A DNA stretch of 53,950 nt, counting the filler, from Perkinsus olseni (lineage: Eukaryota): the NCBI GenBank assembly GCA_013115125.1. It is 3 parts of 3 records of this genome, joined end to end, with 100 filler letters (N's around TTAATTAATTAA, not from the genome) between each part and the next. Parts side by side here need not be neighbours in the genome. Positions count along the whole stretch, not along the records: positions 36,052 to 53,950 come from JABANN010000629.1; 2 more parts are not named here. One strand, written 5' to 3'. Positions 36,221-48,923 of this stretch are shown here, one piece after another (position 1 is the stretch's first letter; the number at the start of each line of letters is the position of its first letter). The notes under the pieces were generated by a model. It had not been told where the DNA came from and made no database searches. It saw nothing but the letters and a program-made list of their open reading frames with translations. The position numbers were made by a program, and so were the translations under genes.

Positions 36221-36832
36221 TCGAAGAAGATGAGAGATTCTGCCGGAAATAAGCAGTCAATAAAGTGCAGCATTGACCCGTATGGCTGTCGGGCATCCCG
36301 CAACGTTCGATTTAATTGACCGACCACATCAATCACTTTACGACCGGCGGATACTCACCACGCCCGAGCGTTTCACAAGATGCTCTCTGTAGTGCGGTGG
36401 CGAGGCGGGCCATCCCAACGCTCCGTCGAACGAGCAACGTCGGACGATCATCGCTCTGGCGTGTTTGAAACCAAACGCAGGGTTCCCCGCTGGGCGGGGC
36501 CAGCCGTCGCTGACCAGTGGTTCACTAGTCAGACCGCTGGGTTTACTCTCCCACACCGTTGGGGCCGTGGCCCGTGAATCAAGAGGTTCCAGGAGCCTGG
36601 TTTCCCTGTCTTATCTCAATGCACGTGAGCCGATTCACGTCATCGTCCTCGCGTCAGCTGCGTGCACTGTAGAACAGATGCTCACGCCTTTGAGAAGATG
36701 GCTTGGGCTGCCCAGGTTGGGCCCGTCCCATCGTCCTTCAATCACATGAGCGAAGGGGTTTTGCGAGATGTTTCCGTCCTGATGTTCCTCTGAGCGCCTT
36801 ATTCGCGAAGTAATTTCAGTACTCGCCGTTTA

Positions 36833-36909
36833 CCAATAGCTCACTCATTTGCTGTTATCTCAGATAACAGCAAATGAGTGAGCTATTGGGGAACAGATAA
36901 CTTATCTGT
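36833..36909. repeat. 28-bp perfect palindrome followed by an 8-bp palindrome, both with a single central C
   Basis: CCAATAGCTCACTCATTTGCTGTTATCT-C-AGATAACAGCAAATGAGTGAGCTATTGG (36833-36889) and ACAGATAA-C-TTATCTGT (36893-36909). Confidence 0.95.
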
Positions 36910-37398
36910 AGCCGCATTTACACCCTGCGACCTCTCCGCCGAGCTTTTCACGTTAATGGTTTGGCCTCGAGAATAGGGAAAGGACTACACACGTCGCATA
37001 GACTTCTCAACAGTCTAAACTCCTGATGATGCTGCGTGGTGGTCTTCACTTCAAGAACAGTTTCTCATCTGATGGTTCTCAAAGTTTCCGCTGCTCGCGG
37101 TGTCTGCCATATTCTCGTTTATACCATTGGGGAGGTGTGAGGACAACATTGAGTGCTGAGCGCTGCCTACTGAGCTGAGCTGTGATAAGCTAGTTCTAAG
37201 ATAGCACAGGTCATGAAAGTAGTTTAGTTACGTCAAGCCCTATTCTTTCCTAGGACTTGGTGTAGTATTGCAATCACCTCAGTTGGCTTTCAACGTGGTA
37301 GCAGCTCCTTCAGCCAACTTCACCCAACGCAACAACGAATCCTAGCTCGAAGGAACAGTTAAATGTATTGAACAATTCTCGTCAATCTTCCTTCTTCT

Positions 37399-38831
37399 TC
37401 AAAAGTCCGACCCGTAGGCTCCCTTCACCACAGGCCTCTCCTCCACTTTTTGCATCTGATACCACCATCATCACCGCAGCCCTTGAGAACCGATCTTACG
37501 ATTTTCTCTGAGATCTCCTTGACGGCCTGAGCAGGCTTAGAGTCCGGGCCAAGTCCGATGATCGGCAGTCCCTTCTCGCAGGCTGCCTGAAGCTCGTTAT
37601 TTAACGGAATCGATCCGAGGAAGGGGACCTTGAAATCATGCTCATTCACACGTCAACAAAGAGTCGTTCTCACGTCCATGTCCTTGCACATCTGCTTCGC
37701 TCCGCCGGTATTTGGCATGAAGATTTCGCTGACCTTGCCGCAACAAGGGCATTCAAAGCCGCTCATATTCTCAATAACGCCGATAATCGGAAGCCCGACT
37801 CCTCGGCAGAAGTTGATTTCTTTCCGGACCTGAGCTCGAGCGAAATAGCCGACGACGATTCAGGCTGGAAACTCACGTCCTGCAGAGCCACTTCTTGCGG
37901 CGTCGTGACGAGAACCGCGCCGTCTGGTTGACAGTCCTTCAAGTAGTTGACCATCGACAAATGCTCATCAGAGGTTCCTGAGTCCGCAGCTGCTGTACTG
38001 AGCAGTGGAGACTAAACTGCCCCTCACCTGGAGGAGTATCGACCAGCAGGACGTCCAAATGGCCCCAAGTAACATCTGTGAGGAACTGACGGATCAGGCC
38101 ATGCTTGCGAGGGCCACGCCATACAATGGCATCATCCTGATCGAACCTCTTTGTATCTTACCATGGTCGACCTAAGATACTCACCTTATTGGTGAGCATG
38201 AATCCGATGCTCATAACAGCCAGTCTGTCATCAACGTAAACAGGCTGCCACCCCTCAGCTGATTGATGCACTTCGCCATCGTTAATGCCCAACATCCTAG
38301 GGATACTCGGGCCGCAGATATCCACATCCAGCAGACCGACGTCCCTGTCTGAACTGGCCAGAGTGAAGGCCAGCTGGGACGAAACGGTCGACTTCCCCAC
38401 GCCACCCTTGCCGGAGAGAATGAGGATTTTCCTTTTCACCTAAGCAGTCGAGCTCTTCACAAATACCCCCTCCCTCAGTACCATACATTCCGCAACTTAT
38501 ATGCCACTTCGTTGACCATCGGATCCTCCTCCTTGCCAGCACCGCTGGAGCAAGCCTTTTGATTGGGGCATCCAGCGCAACCATCAGCCTTCCCAGCCGC
38601 ATCACTACCGACACCGGGGCAAGATTCCGGAGCATTCTCAGGAACCTCGGGGCTCGGGGACTGGCCAGCGCTGGCCGCAGCTTTTTGCTGTCGGCGACGT
38701 AGCTGGTACAGTTGGTACCGATCCCGAACAGCCGGGAGGAAGTCGCTGGAGGCCCACAGGGCCACTCCAGCTCCCACGGCCGCTCCAAGCACTAATGCTC
38801 GGGAATCCAAGCTTGAGGTAGAGTCGGACAT
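37399..38831 (-). CDS. NBP35: Cytosolic Fe-S cluster assembly factor NBP35/NUBP1, multi-exon
   Basis: N-terminal Cys motif CPG...[10 protein letters not shown], then [52 protein letters not shown] and [11 protein letters not shown]. Confidence 0.93.
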
Positions 38832-38973
38832 AAGGGACAAAGATACTCTCTGCGCACGCGGAAGATTCCTTTCCGGTCAACTCAGCTGCCGTGATCCTGC
38901 GTAGAAACGTTGGAAGAGTAAAGGGTTACTGGTACAAGTAAAGACGTTATGACTCGCACCGTGACGGTCACCA

Positions 38974-41900
38974 TCAACGGCGCCTCTTGCCACGGTTGTT
39001 ACTCTTCGAGATGCTCAACTTGGATTTCTTCGACACTATCCGAGCCTTCTTCTTCTCCTCCTCGCCGGCCTTCACAACTCGATCGATGCTCCGGATGGAC
39101 TCCGACTTAAACCTGATCACGACATCACCAAGGGACGAACGAGTGCGCAGGTGAGAAGACTTTTTTTTCTTAATATTCTTCAGACGCCGCTCGGCCATAC
39201 AGTCTGTATGACGCAGACCCTATAGTCGCCAATTTAGCCACCAAGAGGGGCTTCAAAATAGACTGGTACGAGCATCCGCGGAATGCCAGGAGAAAGTGAA
39301 AACAAGGGACTCGAACAAGCCCCTCGATCCGAAGCTTACTTCTCCTTGACGAGCTTCGGGTTGAGCCGGACGTAAGCGTAAGGCTGCAGCACAGCCGCTT
39401 GCCTTTGGGCATCACCAGACCCGCGATTCTTGGCACCTGACGAGTTGCCAAAGGAGTGGTATGGCAGATGTATCTGCCTGACCTACCTGGAGCGCACTGG
39501 TCTAGTCCCTTGACATCGTGCTGGAGCCTCGCCCGACGAGCTCCCTTCTTCGCCGCCCGTATCTACTCAGACGCGATAGATCCGCAGGACGCCACACCTT
39601 TCCGCGACAGAAGCACTGCAAGCGTCCCAAGGACCTATTCTACAGATCCTAACACGGAGGGGGCTTCCTCCTGTCCCCTATCTGGTATTATTCTAGTAGA
39701 GTTGGAAAATAATAAACATAGGGATAGCATGAACATTCTTACTTCTGCCAAACGGCCGAGGCCCTTCTTCTTCGGAGCCGTCTCCTCCAACTTCTCAGAT
39801 GACTTCTTCTGCCCTGCTGCTTCCTCAGGTACCTGAATCTTACCTCTAAGCTTGCAAGATACAAAAAAAGTCAGGAACTACCTCAACAATGATCTTTCCA
39901 CTCTCTTCCTTCAGCATTTCGCTGCCCAAAGCCGACTTCCTTCGCTTGCCATCAGACTCCCTCACGCCCTTCTGACCGCCGTGGCCCAGCAGATCCAAGG
40001 GCTCATCGCCGGCCTCATCGATGATGAAGTTGGCCTTGCCCGTCGATCTCTTCGTTACACGACGACGCTCATCCCCTTCATCCTCCGACGACTCGTCCGA
40101 CGTAGACTGACCCTGAAGGAACCCTTTGATGATTATTCAGCAAATCTCTACAGAGCCAGCTCATTTCAAGGCATGCCGATTCCAGTCAGAACTGCCCGAG
40201 AGAAAGCTTCTTTGAATCCGACTGAAGACCTCGAGCTGGTACGGCGACCGCGACTTCACGAGGTCAACCATCACCAGCCAGGGAACCTTCTTGGGACCAC
40301 TCTTCGCAATAAGTGTACACTGTCGGAATCATGATGCTTGATCGTGCATAGAGACTCGTCCGTTGTACGATGATCTCCATTGAACGGGATTGGTGGGCAC
40401 TCACTACCTAGCCTTACCTCGGCGGTGCTGCCGTTAGCCTTCCTCTCATCACCAGCTGCTGCTGCTGCAGACCGCTCCATGATACGACGACGACGTTCAC
40501 GCTCAAGCTGCTTCTGGACCTGTCACCGATGACAATCCTCCATCACTGGGGACTCCCTGGGATATGAGTATTACATGCTTCACTAAAGGCCGATGCTCCT
40601 CCGGTGTTGCCGCCGCCAACTCTGCCCAACCAACTCGCTTCCCCAACTTCTCCATGAGCCTCCTCATGCCCATCTTCAGCTGCATCTGATTCCTTCCCTC
40701 CGCACTCAGAGTTAGTTTGTGGTACATCTGCAGGCACTCGGCGTTCTGACCATCTCCAACACGCAAACACGACCGAGTCTGAAAGGGAAAGACCGTCATC
40801 ACGCAGCTCCCTCTCAGCCACCTATGGGGGGGTCCGACCCAGCTCCTTCCGTGCCCGACTTATTACGAAAAGCAGCAAGCTCTTGAACAGGGGTTTCTCG
40901 ATCGCCCTGCCGTCAGCTCGGACCAACATCACAGTCTTCACCACTTCCCGGAGGAGAGAGGCTCGCTGGGTCGACTCCGAAGGCGCAGCAGAAGCCGCAA
41001 AGGGATTGCTGGCAGTAGCGGTGGATACATCGCCATCCATGGGCCAGCACTGCTCCACCACGAGACCTGTACGTTGAAAAAATGCAAGATTGCAAGTGAG
41101 CTCACGTGACTCTACCAAGCGTCTCCACCGAGGCACAGACCATGTCCACTGAGGTACCAGCGAGGCCAGCGCAGACGATGTTAATGAGGGCCAGCAGGGA
41201 GTCGCCGGATGCCGCACAACGCCGACAAGCGTCGGTGAGGAGAGTCCATCCGAGAATGCGCACCTGCAGCGACAGAGGCCCACTTGCATCGCGGAGCCAA
41301 TCTAAGATTTTAGCTTCCCGCCAACCGTAATAACAGTAACATGAAGCAATCTTGCTTGTCTTGCCCACTCTTGCATTTTCTCAATACTCGCCCTACCTGA
41401 GCCCCGGGGTCCCTCGTGGCCACCATAGCCTCCGGGATGAGTGCCGCCAAGACAGGCTTCTCCTGCTCACCCTCAACGGACTGCAGCAGCGACCTCGCCA
41501 GCAGCAGTCGATGCTTGATCGTCTGGGCTGATGATGGTACTGTACTGAGCAGCTCTAGGAGGGCCTGGGAATCACTCGCTGAATGGTTTAGTGGCCTCCG
41601 CCCGACGCCCACCTCCACAGTATTGGAGAAGTCCCCGGCCTCCACGGCAATGCGAGTGGCTCGATATGCTGCCTTCTGCAGCCTCGCAGCTCGGGCGGAG
41701 GAATTCCTGGAAGAGACGTACGGAGATGACCCATGGGCGGATGCAGCCATGCTTACTTCATCATCAGGGGTGTGAACACCTTCCCGACCACCAGCTGTCT
41801 GCCTGAGGCCGGTACGGCTGGCAGGAGGGCTAAGCAGAGCTCACTCAGGTCCGACACAACCTAGGGGGAAGCGGTGATGGTACAAGGAAGGGACTGATCG

Positions 41901-43852
41901 CTACTACGTCAGTCGAGTCCTTCTGGCTCTCCTGTACTAGCTGCTTAGTGACGTTGGTGAAGACTGTTTGGAGAACTTGGAGGGTACAGCAACTGCGGAA
42001 AAACGAGCAGTCGGAGGGTATCGATCCAAAGACCTCCAGGATGGCAAGTCTAACCCTTAACTGTTGTACCACTTCTCCTACCTCTTAGCAACCGCAGTGA
42101 TTGCCTCGACAAGCAGGTCCCTCAACTTCACACTCGACTCTCCCATATACATCGCACCTACACTCGCTTTCTCCCCATCGCGCACAGCAAAGAATATCCT
42201 ACATAACGGGTTGATGAATTTATCGCCGACCGCCAGGACTTCCCTCGGGGCGCTCTGGTCCCGATCTGGCCACCGCCGAGAACACTCCTCCCCGAGCACC
42301 CTCATGGCCCGCAAGGCTGACTCCTGTACCTGAGCCACGACTAATGCGACCCCCCACAATGATGAGGGGGCCTCCCGTTCGACGCAGCAGTACCTCCGGG
42401 GTTCGCTGGTTGCGAGTCGTCGCTGCTCCTAATACGGTTTTGCCAAGAACGCTATTCTGCATCGTGAGGGCTTGCGGCAGATCGACACCTGATATATCGA
42501 GGAAAATCTGTTAGCAAAAGCGTAAAAAGTCCATCTCCGAGTATTACATCCATCAATCATGGAAGGCAAAATCTCCCAAAGCTGCTCTACCACAGTGAAG
42601 AGCTTCCGCGCTCTTGTCGGGTCCACAGACTCATCTGAGCAAGCCACCCTTCCCTCAACGCCACCCTCAGAAAACCAGAGACCCCCCCTCGGGAACCCAC
42701 GCCCCATTGGGCGGGAGCAAAGGGCGAGCGACACTTACTGCTTTTGGCCACATTATTCACAAAGACCGCTGCTGGGAGCATTATGGTAACCCAATCGGAC
42801 AACTGGCAGCCGCAGCCTCCAGTGGTTCTTATCAAAGGCAACAACCACAGTCGAGTCTCAACCGAGAACTCGCTGGTATCTTTTGCACCCAAAAGTCGCC
42901 AGAGTCGAGCTGCTGGATCCTCCGAGCTTCCTGATGATACTATCCTCAACGGTGCAGCTCGGAGTACTGCAGAGGCCGAGAAGGTTAGGAGCAGTTCCAC
43001 GCCTGAAAAGAACTTATCTGGACGCAACTGCCGCGTTCTGCTAGAAGGTTTTTTGAGTCTTGCTAGTCAGTCTCGATCTTCCCTTCGACGTGACACGTGA
43101 TGATAACGATACTTATCCGATACAAATGGTCACCCACCCAATGCTTTCCCGTGGAGGAAGTACTTACCAACAGATGGATTCATTACAATTGGAGCACCGA
43201 GTCGACAGCACGACAGAATACTCTCAAGTTTCCATGGCCAGGCGAGGTGTGTCCCCCAGCACGCTCGTGTCCCCTCCCAAAGTACTACCAGCGTCCACAG
43301 CAGCTCTGGTCGTATTGACCTTCTTGGGTGTTCCTTTACGATAGGCAGCACTGGCCGAGAGGAGATCATTAGGGGTACCACTCAGTACTGCTGTGTTGAA
43401 AACGAAGTCTATGAGGGCACCCCAGACCGGATGGGAGCTCAGCAGAGCCACCTGCACCATCATACAGTGAGCCATCACCTCAGGCCAGGCCCCGATACTA
43501 CCCTCTCCGGAGCCTCCATCTCTTTCCGCAAGCCTTGCAAGAGATCTCCCAACACTGGGAAGAGCAGGGTCGCCCATTGGGGCTTCACAGTAGCGTTATT
43601 CAGGGATTCAATACTGAAAAATGAGAGCGCCATCACTATCACAATACCACATTTTCCCCGCATCTTACAGAGACATAGCCCGGTCCGCCGGTACTTTAGC
43701 GTCATCACCCTTAATGGAAGCCGTCGCTGCCTCCGCCAAGGCCCCAAGAAAGCCGTGCACGACTGCAACGAAGCCCTCACAACCACGGCGATATACGACG
43801 AGAACGCATTACCATTAGGAGTATCCGAGGTTGATGCTGTCGGTGCGGACAT
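38974..43852 (-). CDS. RRP12: RRP12-like HEAT-repeat ribosome biogenesis protein, multi-exon (boundaries approximate)
   Basis: Many helical exons, including LMEKLGKRVGWAEL...PEEHRPLVK. There is an acidic/basic tail and a C-terminal GDAQRQAAVLQPYAYVRLNP resembling the RRP12 GDVK...PYAY motif. Confidence 0.65.
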
Positions 43853-44063
43853 CACCACCGGCGACTGCTGCGATAACAACTACACAAGAAAGCAGCTCGA
43901 GCTCTCTCTGCCCACTTCAACGCGATAGTAATGTCATCAAGCATGATATGAAACGGGCATATAAAAATCGACGGATAGCCCTGTTATTGTGAGAGGCATA
44001 TTACGATCAAAACAAAATAACGATGCTCAAGCATCAACTGGAGGTGAGGATGGTGACACGGTC

Positions 44064-46574
44064 TCACAGGATACATAAGGAGAACATGACCGTGATGAGT
44101 ATAATAGCACCACAGGTTGCCGAATACTGCAGTATTGAGTTAGACGATGGCGATGCAGTAGTGGGAGGAGGTCGAGTAGATGTCGACTGAACTTGGCACG
44201 GCAACACTCTGACAGAGGAGTTCCTGCTCGGCGGGTCCACGCGGAAGTCAGTGACCACACCACCAACCATCTCTGCATGAATCACGGTTCGTCGAGGACC
44301 CCACAGCTTCACGCTCACGTCCCAATCACAGGGCCAGGCCGGGAAGAGCAACATGTCCCCCTCAGAGTTGTCGACAGGCTGCAGGAGCATGTAGGTGAGG
44401 GCGTTCCGCATGACTGAGTAGTGGTCCAAGGAGGGATGCCAATCCTGCAGCTGCTGACCGAAAGCAGAAAAACGGTAACCCTTCGGTGGACCATAGGCGG
44501 CTCGAGCGATGAGCATTTCCTTGGCTTCCATGGCCAACCCGAGCAGGGCAGCATCCATTACGTTCTGATTCCACCCCTCATCACTGGTGAATCTTCTCTC
44601 TCTGTATGCTGCACGGGCGACCTCAAGATTCTCCCCGCCATCCTTAGCCGTTATACACCTGTATGGATGCACAGCATAAAGATCGGCATTTTCGAAGTTA
44701 CTCGGCCCTTCACCACACGCCTCGCACGGCGCCAGCTTCCGACCTCCCGACCTCGCCTGAGTCAACGGTAAGGGCGGCAACACCTCCCTCAATGCATGCC
44801 AACGCCGTCGCTGCTCTGCCGTAGTATGCTCACTCGGCAAGGCCTCCAGTCGGGCCACGACAGCCCGCAGCCCCGCCACGGTCGGCATATCATTTAGCGT
44901 GCAGTTCACCCCCGCCTTCATGTTCTCATAGCCAAAGCAAATCCAAGTCTCCAAGGCTTGGGAAGGAAAGAGGACCATCTTGCCATTATCATCACGCTCC
45001 GGCCGCCATTGGGCGTAGAAGTTGACAACAGCATCAACCACCGGGAGGTTCCTCGCCAAGGCGGCAGCATCACCCGTCCAAGCAAAGTGGTCCAAAATGA
45101 GCATCCCCAGATCAAGACCGCCTTGCAGGTTGTAATGGTTAGGGGGGTCGAGAGAGTACCACACCGGCAGGCCCAGAGCCCTGCCCTCCCTCCCACAGCC
45201 ATAGCTCATCGGGTGCGTGCTGCCTAGCAACGGGTGATTGTATTCATCCCAATACGCCACAGGACCGGTCATATTCGGGTAGTAGACCTGGGTCTTCATC
45301 TTAGCGTACTCAAAGGTACTCCGGAACGCTTGGAACAACGCTGCATCGACCATGTCCGAGTCGCCACTGGCAAACATACTGTAGTAGGGCATTCGAGCGT
45401 TCTGCCACCAATTCAAGCCGCCCCACTTGTTGTAGTCCGGCCGGTCTCTCTGCGCCGTGAAGAGCATACCGTTGAATTTGATAGGGAAGGGCTGACGAGC
45501 TTGAATACCCTGCAAGTAGCGCTGTAGGGCACTTTTCTCATTATTAACTTCGGAGGCATTAGGGCCAGTGACTTCGCCGATCCAACTCCGGTTGATCCAA
45601 AACTCGCTCCACTCGCTCCACCACCCTTTATGCTTGCTCATCGCAGTAGTAGAAGTATTATTATATTCATTCGAGGCGAGTTGCCGGCCTTATTGGAAGG
45701 CCGGTCCGAATCCTTGCTCGGAGGTGGCAACACCGGCAATGACCATAGAGAAATTACGGGCAGCTTCAACGGTCCTCAAGGCGCCACTCGAACCTGCCGG
45801 TACCATAAATCTCCCGAATCGCCAGATAGCCACCGTCGATCTATTTGCCACGCGGTCCTCAATAACGCCTTCGAGGGACTCCAAGTTAAGTGCCCTCAAT
45901 ACCGAAGTGATGTAGTCACTCTGAGTGTTGGCGTGGGCCCAACCGAGGAGATCTCCGGTCGCTGAATCGTTGACGTAAAAATCGGCACTGACGTTATACG
46001 GCCGGCAGTGGAACAAGGGCCGCACTTGAAACGGCTTTGGCCGGAGCAGCTCCGTTGTTACAGTGACATTGATGGCTGTAGGTGATGCTATGTTGAGCAC
46101 TATGACGTCCTTAAGCGCATCGACGAAGGCCACAACGGTTGTCATAGAAGAGCCATTGCCGATGTCAAGACGGACAGTCCCCGTACCAGCGTCAAGGACC
46201 TAGGGCAAGATATCACTAGGGATGCCACTCACGCCCAGAGCTACCTGTTTGAAGGGAGTGTTCGGTCCTGACGCCCAAGGGCTTGGGGTGAGGTCTACGG
46301 TGACCTTGCCAACTTTGACGAACTCACCAGCTTCGTTCCACGACCTCTGATCGGCTATGAGCAGCCCGATTAGCACGGAGCCGGAGATATTCTTATTGTC
46401 GACGAAGACATTGGCGGCCAAACCACCGTTACCGATGGGCATGGAATTCACGTACGTGGTGGCGTTGTCTTCAGGTGAGAGGCCTTCCCACGTCACAGTT
46501 GGTGGGGGAATGCTGATAGTGGACAGGAGGATGGACGAGGAGAGGATAGCAGCAGCGAGGACGACGACGCTCAT
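44064..46574 (-). CDS. GH95/DUF5703-like glycoside hydrolase with signal peptide and C-terminal hydrophobic anchor; one in-frame TAA at 45690-45692
   Basis: SMPIGNG, PIKFNGMLFT, WGGLNWWQNAR, LFPSQALETW, ENADLYAVHPY, GWNQ and LLFPAWP motifs. There is a single short intron at ~46199-46253. The ORFs on either side of the TAA are in the same frame. Confidence 0.7.
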
Positions 46575-46836
46575 TGACAGGGGACTAGGTTACTACAGGA
46601 TCCCTGCACATAGTGGATTAAAGACCTTGGAACTCCCTGTGTACTACCGTGTTTAGAGTTTCGTGGCGCGCGACAGGATGCCCGCTTGTAGAGATCCCTG
46701 GTTCGAGTCCCGCACCACGCATTTTTCCGTTGCAGCACACTCCCGGTTTGATCATTCCAATGCTTCAATCGCGTGTCCCTTCATACCATAACGAAGCCCT
46801 TATCTCAGTTTTTTCTACCGTTTCTCATCACAGCCG

Positions 46837-48171
46837 ATGTCGCCTCCTCAACACGGCTCTCAGTCGGGCAATAAAACCTACGCCAGAGTGGTTGGATCCG
46901 GGGTGGCCGGCATGTAGGTCTTCGGTTCCCCCCGTGCTGCTAGATTAACTTTTTCAGGGCCGAGTTGTGCATTTTCTACCCGGTGGACACTCTGGCGAAG
47001 CGGCTGATGAACTCGAGCGTGGCGTTGAATGCGAATAACTGGCAAACGGTGAGACAAAAGATTCTTTTGGCAAGATTCCATTTGACGAAACGGAAAGATA
47101 CTTTTTTCTCGTTAGAGATACGTTGTAGGTTAGACGACAGCACTTCTTCTCGATCAAAGTTCCAGCGGCCAAAGAGGGTCCTCTTATTTGCTTTCTCATG
47201 CTCAGGTTGTTTTCCAGCAGGAGGCAGGCTCAGCTGCTATTGGTGGCGTCCGTGGCTTCGTCGGCAAATGGGCTGCATTATTCCCTGGCTTTGGTTACGG
47301 CGCCCTCTACAAAATCTCCCAACGAATTTACAAGTTTGGTGGCCAGCCAGTCTTGAAGGAGACCCTTGACAAGTACGTTTTTCCTGCTGAAAGGAGCCCG
47401 ACTCAGCAATTCTGGTGTAAGTCAGTTCTTGTCATGATGCTGCTCATTTTGGTTACATCAGGCAACGGCATCAGTGGCTCCCTAATAGGAGCTGGCGAGG
47501 TCGTCCTTCTTCCTTTTGATGTGAGCCAACATCCCCTTCAGCGCCATTGCCGAACGTCGTTTTCCTAGGTGTTGAAAATTAAGTATCAAACTAACCCTGA
47601 GTATCGCAAACTCAACTTTGCTCAAATCTGCCAGCAAGAGGGCCTCTCGTCCCTTTACGCGGGAGCAGGCGTGACAGCAGCAAGTAGGCGAGGGATGCAC
47701 GATGGCGTCGTATGTGGCCTTTCAGGAAACATCGCTGGCTCCTTCATGCTCTTCGGCGTCAACTACGCCGTCAAGCACAGTCTTACTGATGGCCGCACTG
47801 GCAAGCCTGGATTCATTCACTTTGCGTTATCGAGTAACATTGCTTCCCCGGTCGAAGAGTATCCAAGGTTGAACCTTGTCAGGCACGGCTGGCTCAGTGG
47901 CGAGCATTCTCGTTGCCTGCCCGCTGGACGTGGTCAAGACTCGCCTCCAGTCGGGCAACTATGCAGGTTCCTCAGCGTTCCGGATCATGGCCGACATCGC
48001 CGCTAAGGAAGGCATCGGTGCCTTCTTCAAAGGAAGCGTACGCTCGAAATTTTTACCACGCTCGCTCAGCCCAATTTTCAGATACCGAAAGTCCTGTCTG
48101 TTGGTCCTAAGCTGACGTTCTCATTCACTTTGGCCCAGTATCTGATTGACACTATGGAGAGGCTCTCCTGA
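46837..48171 (+). CDS. GGC1: Mitochondrial carrier, GTP/GDP carrier (Ggc1/Yhm1)-like, multi-exon
   Basis: ARVVGSGVAG, FYPVDTLAKRLM, LFPGFGYGALYKISQRIYKFGGQP, GEVVLLPFDVLKIK, PLDVVKTRLQ and VGPKLTFSF closely follow fungal Ggc1 motifs. Confidence 0.82.
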
Positions 48172-48923
48172 CTCGAAGCCTTCACCGAGCATAGTTTTAG
48201 GTATAATTCACCGTAGAAGATCTCTTAGGCGTTTCCGATGGATACATCATGTTTCGGTTTTATTTGATGTTGTTGAGTTCATGTGTAAATATAGAATACA
48301 ATTCCGCTGGTAATTTCTGATTTGAATATCGGCTTGTTACTCGCTTCCGTAGGCTACTAGGCGGAGGAGCTTCTACCGCGTGTCGATGGTGCTGCGACAC
48401 CGTGACACTAGCCGTCGCTGAATCGTCTTCGATATCTTGCCCGTCGCGTCTCCTGTTCACCCGCGTTGTGCGTCTACTTGAGTAGTAATCCCTCACAATA
48501 GCACGTTGCTGGATATTCCCGAGTTCGCCTGGACTCTTGTGAAGGCTGCACCATTTGCGCTAGATGTTTTGAAGCACACTAGGGGCGCAGAAGTGCTGCA
48601 CAGTTCACGCTAGTAGACGGCCGACGCTAGGCTGATGGCTAGTCTCATTGCTCGTGCCTCCAGGACTCAAAGACTTTCGACGAGAACTGATGATTAAACT
48701 ATTCTGTTACTGTCAATAACTTGGCGTTTGGGTTCATTGATTGACGGTGCTGTGTCGCATGAGACGGCGCTGTAGGAACTTGTGCGTGAATTGGTCTATT
48801 CAGTCTCTGTTGTCTTTTCCTTCTTGCCATTAATAGTTTCAGGGGAGTTGGTTTTCTATTTTTTTGATCAACCACAGCTGATTTTCTTCCTTTAGGTTAT
48901 TTTCCCTTCCCCGCAAAACTCTA

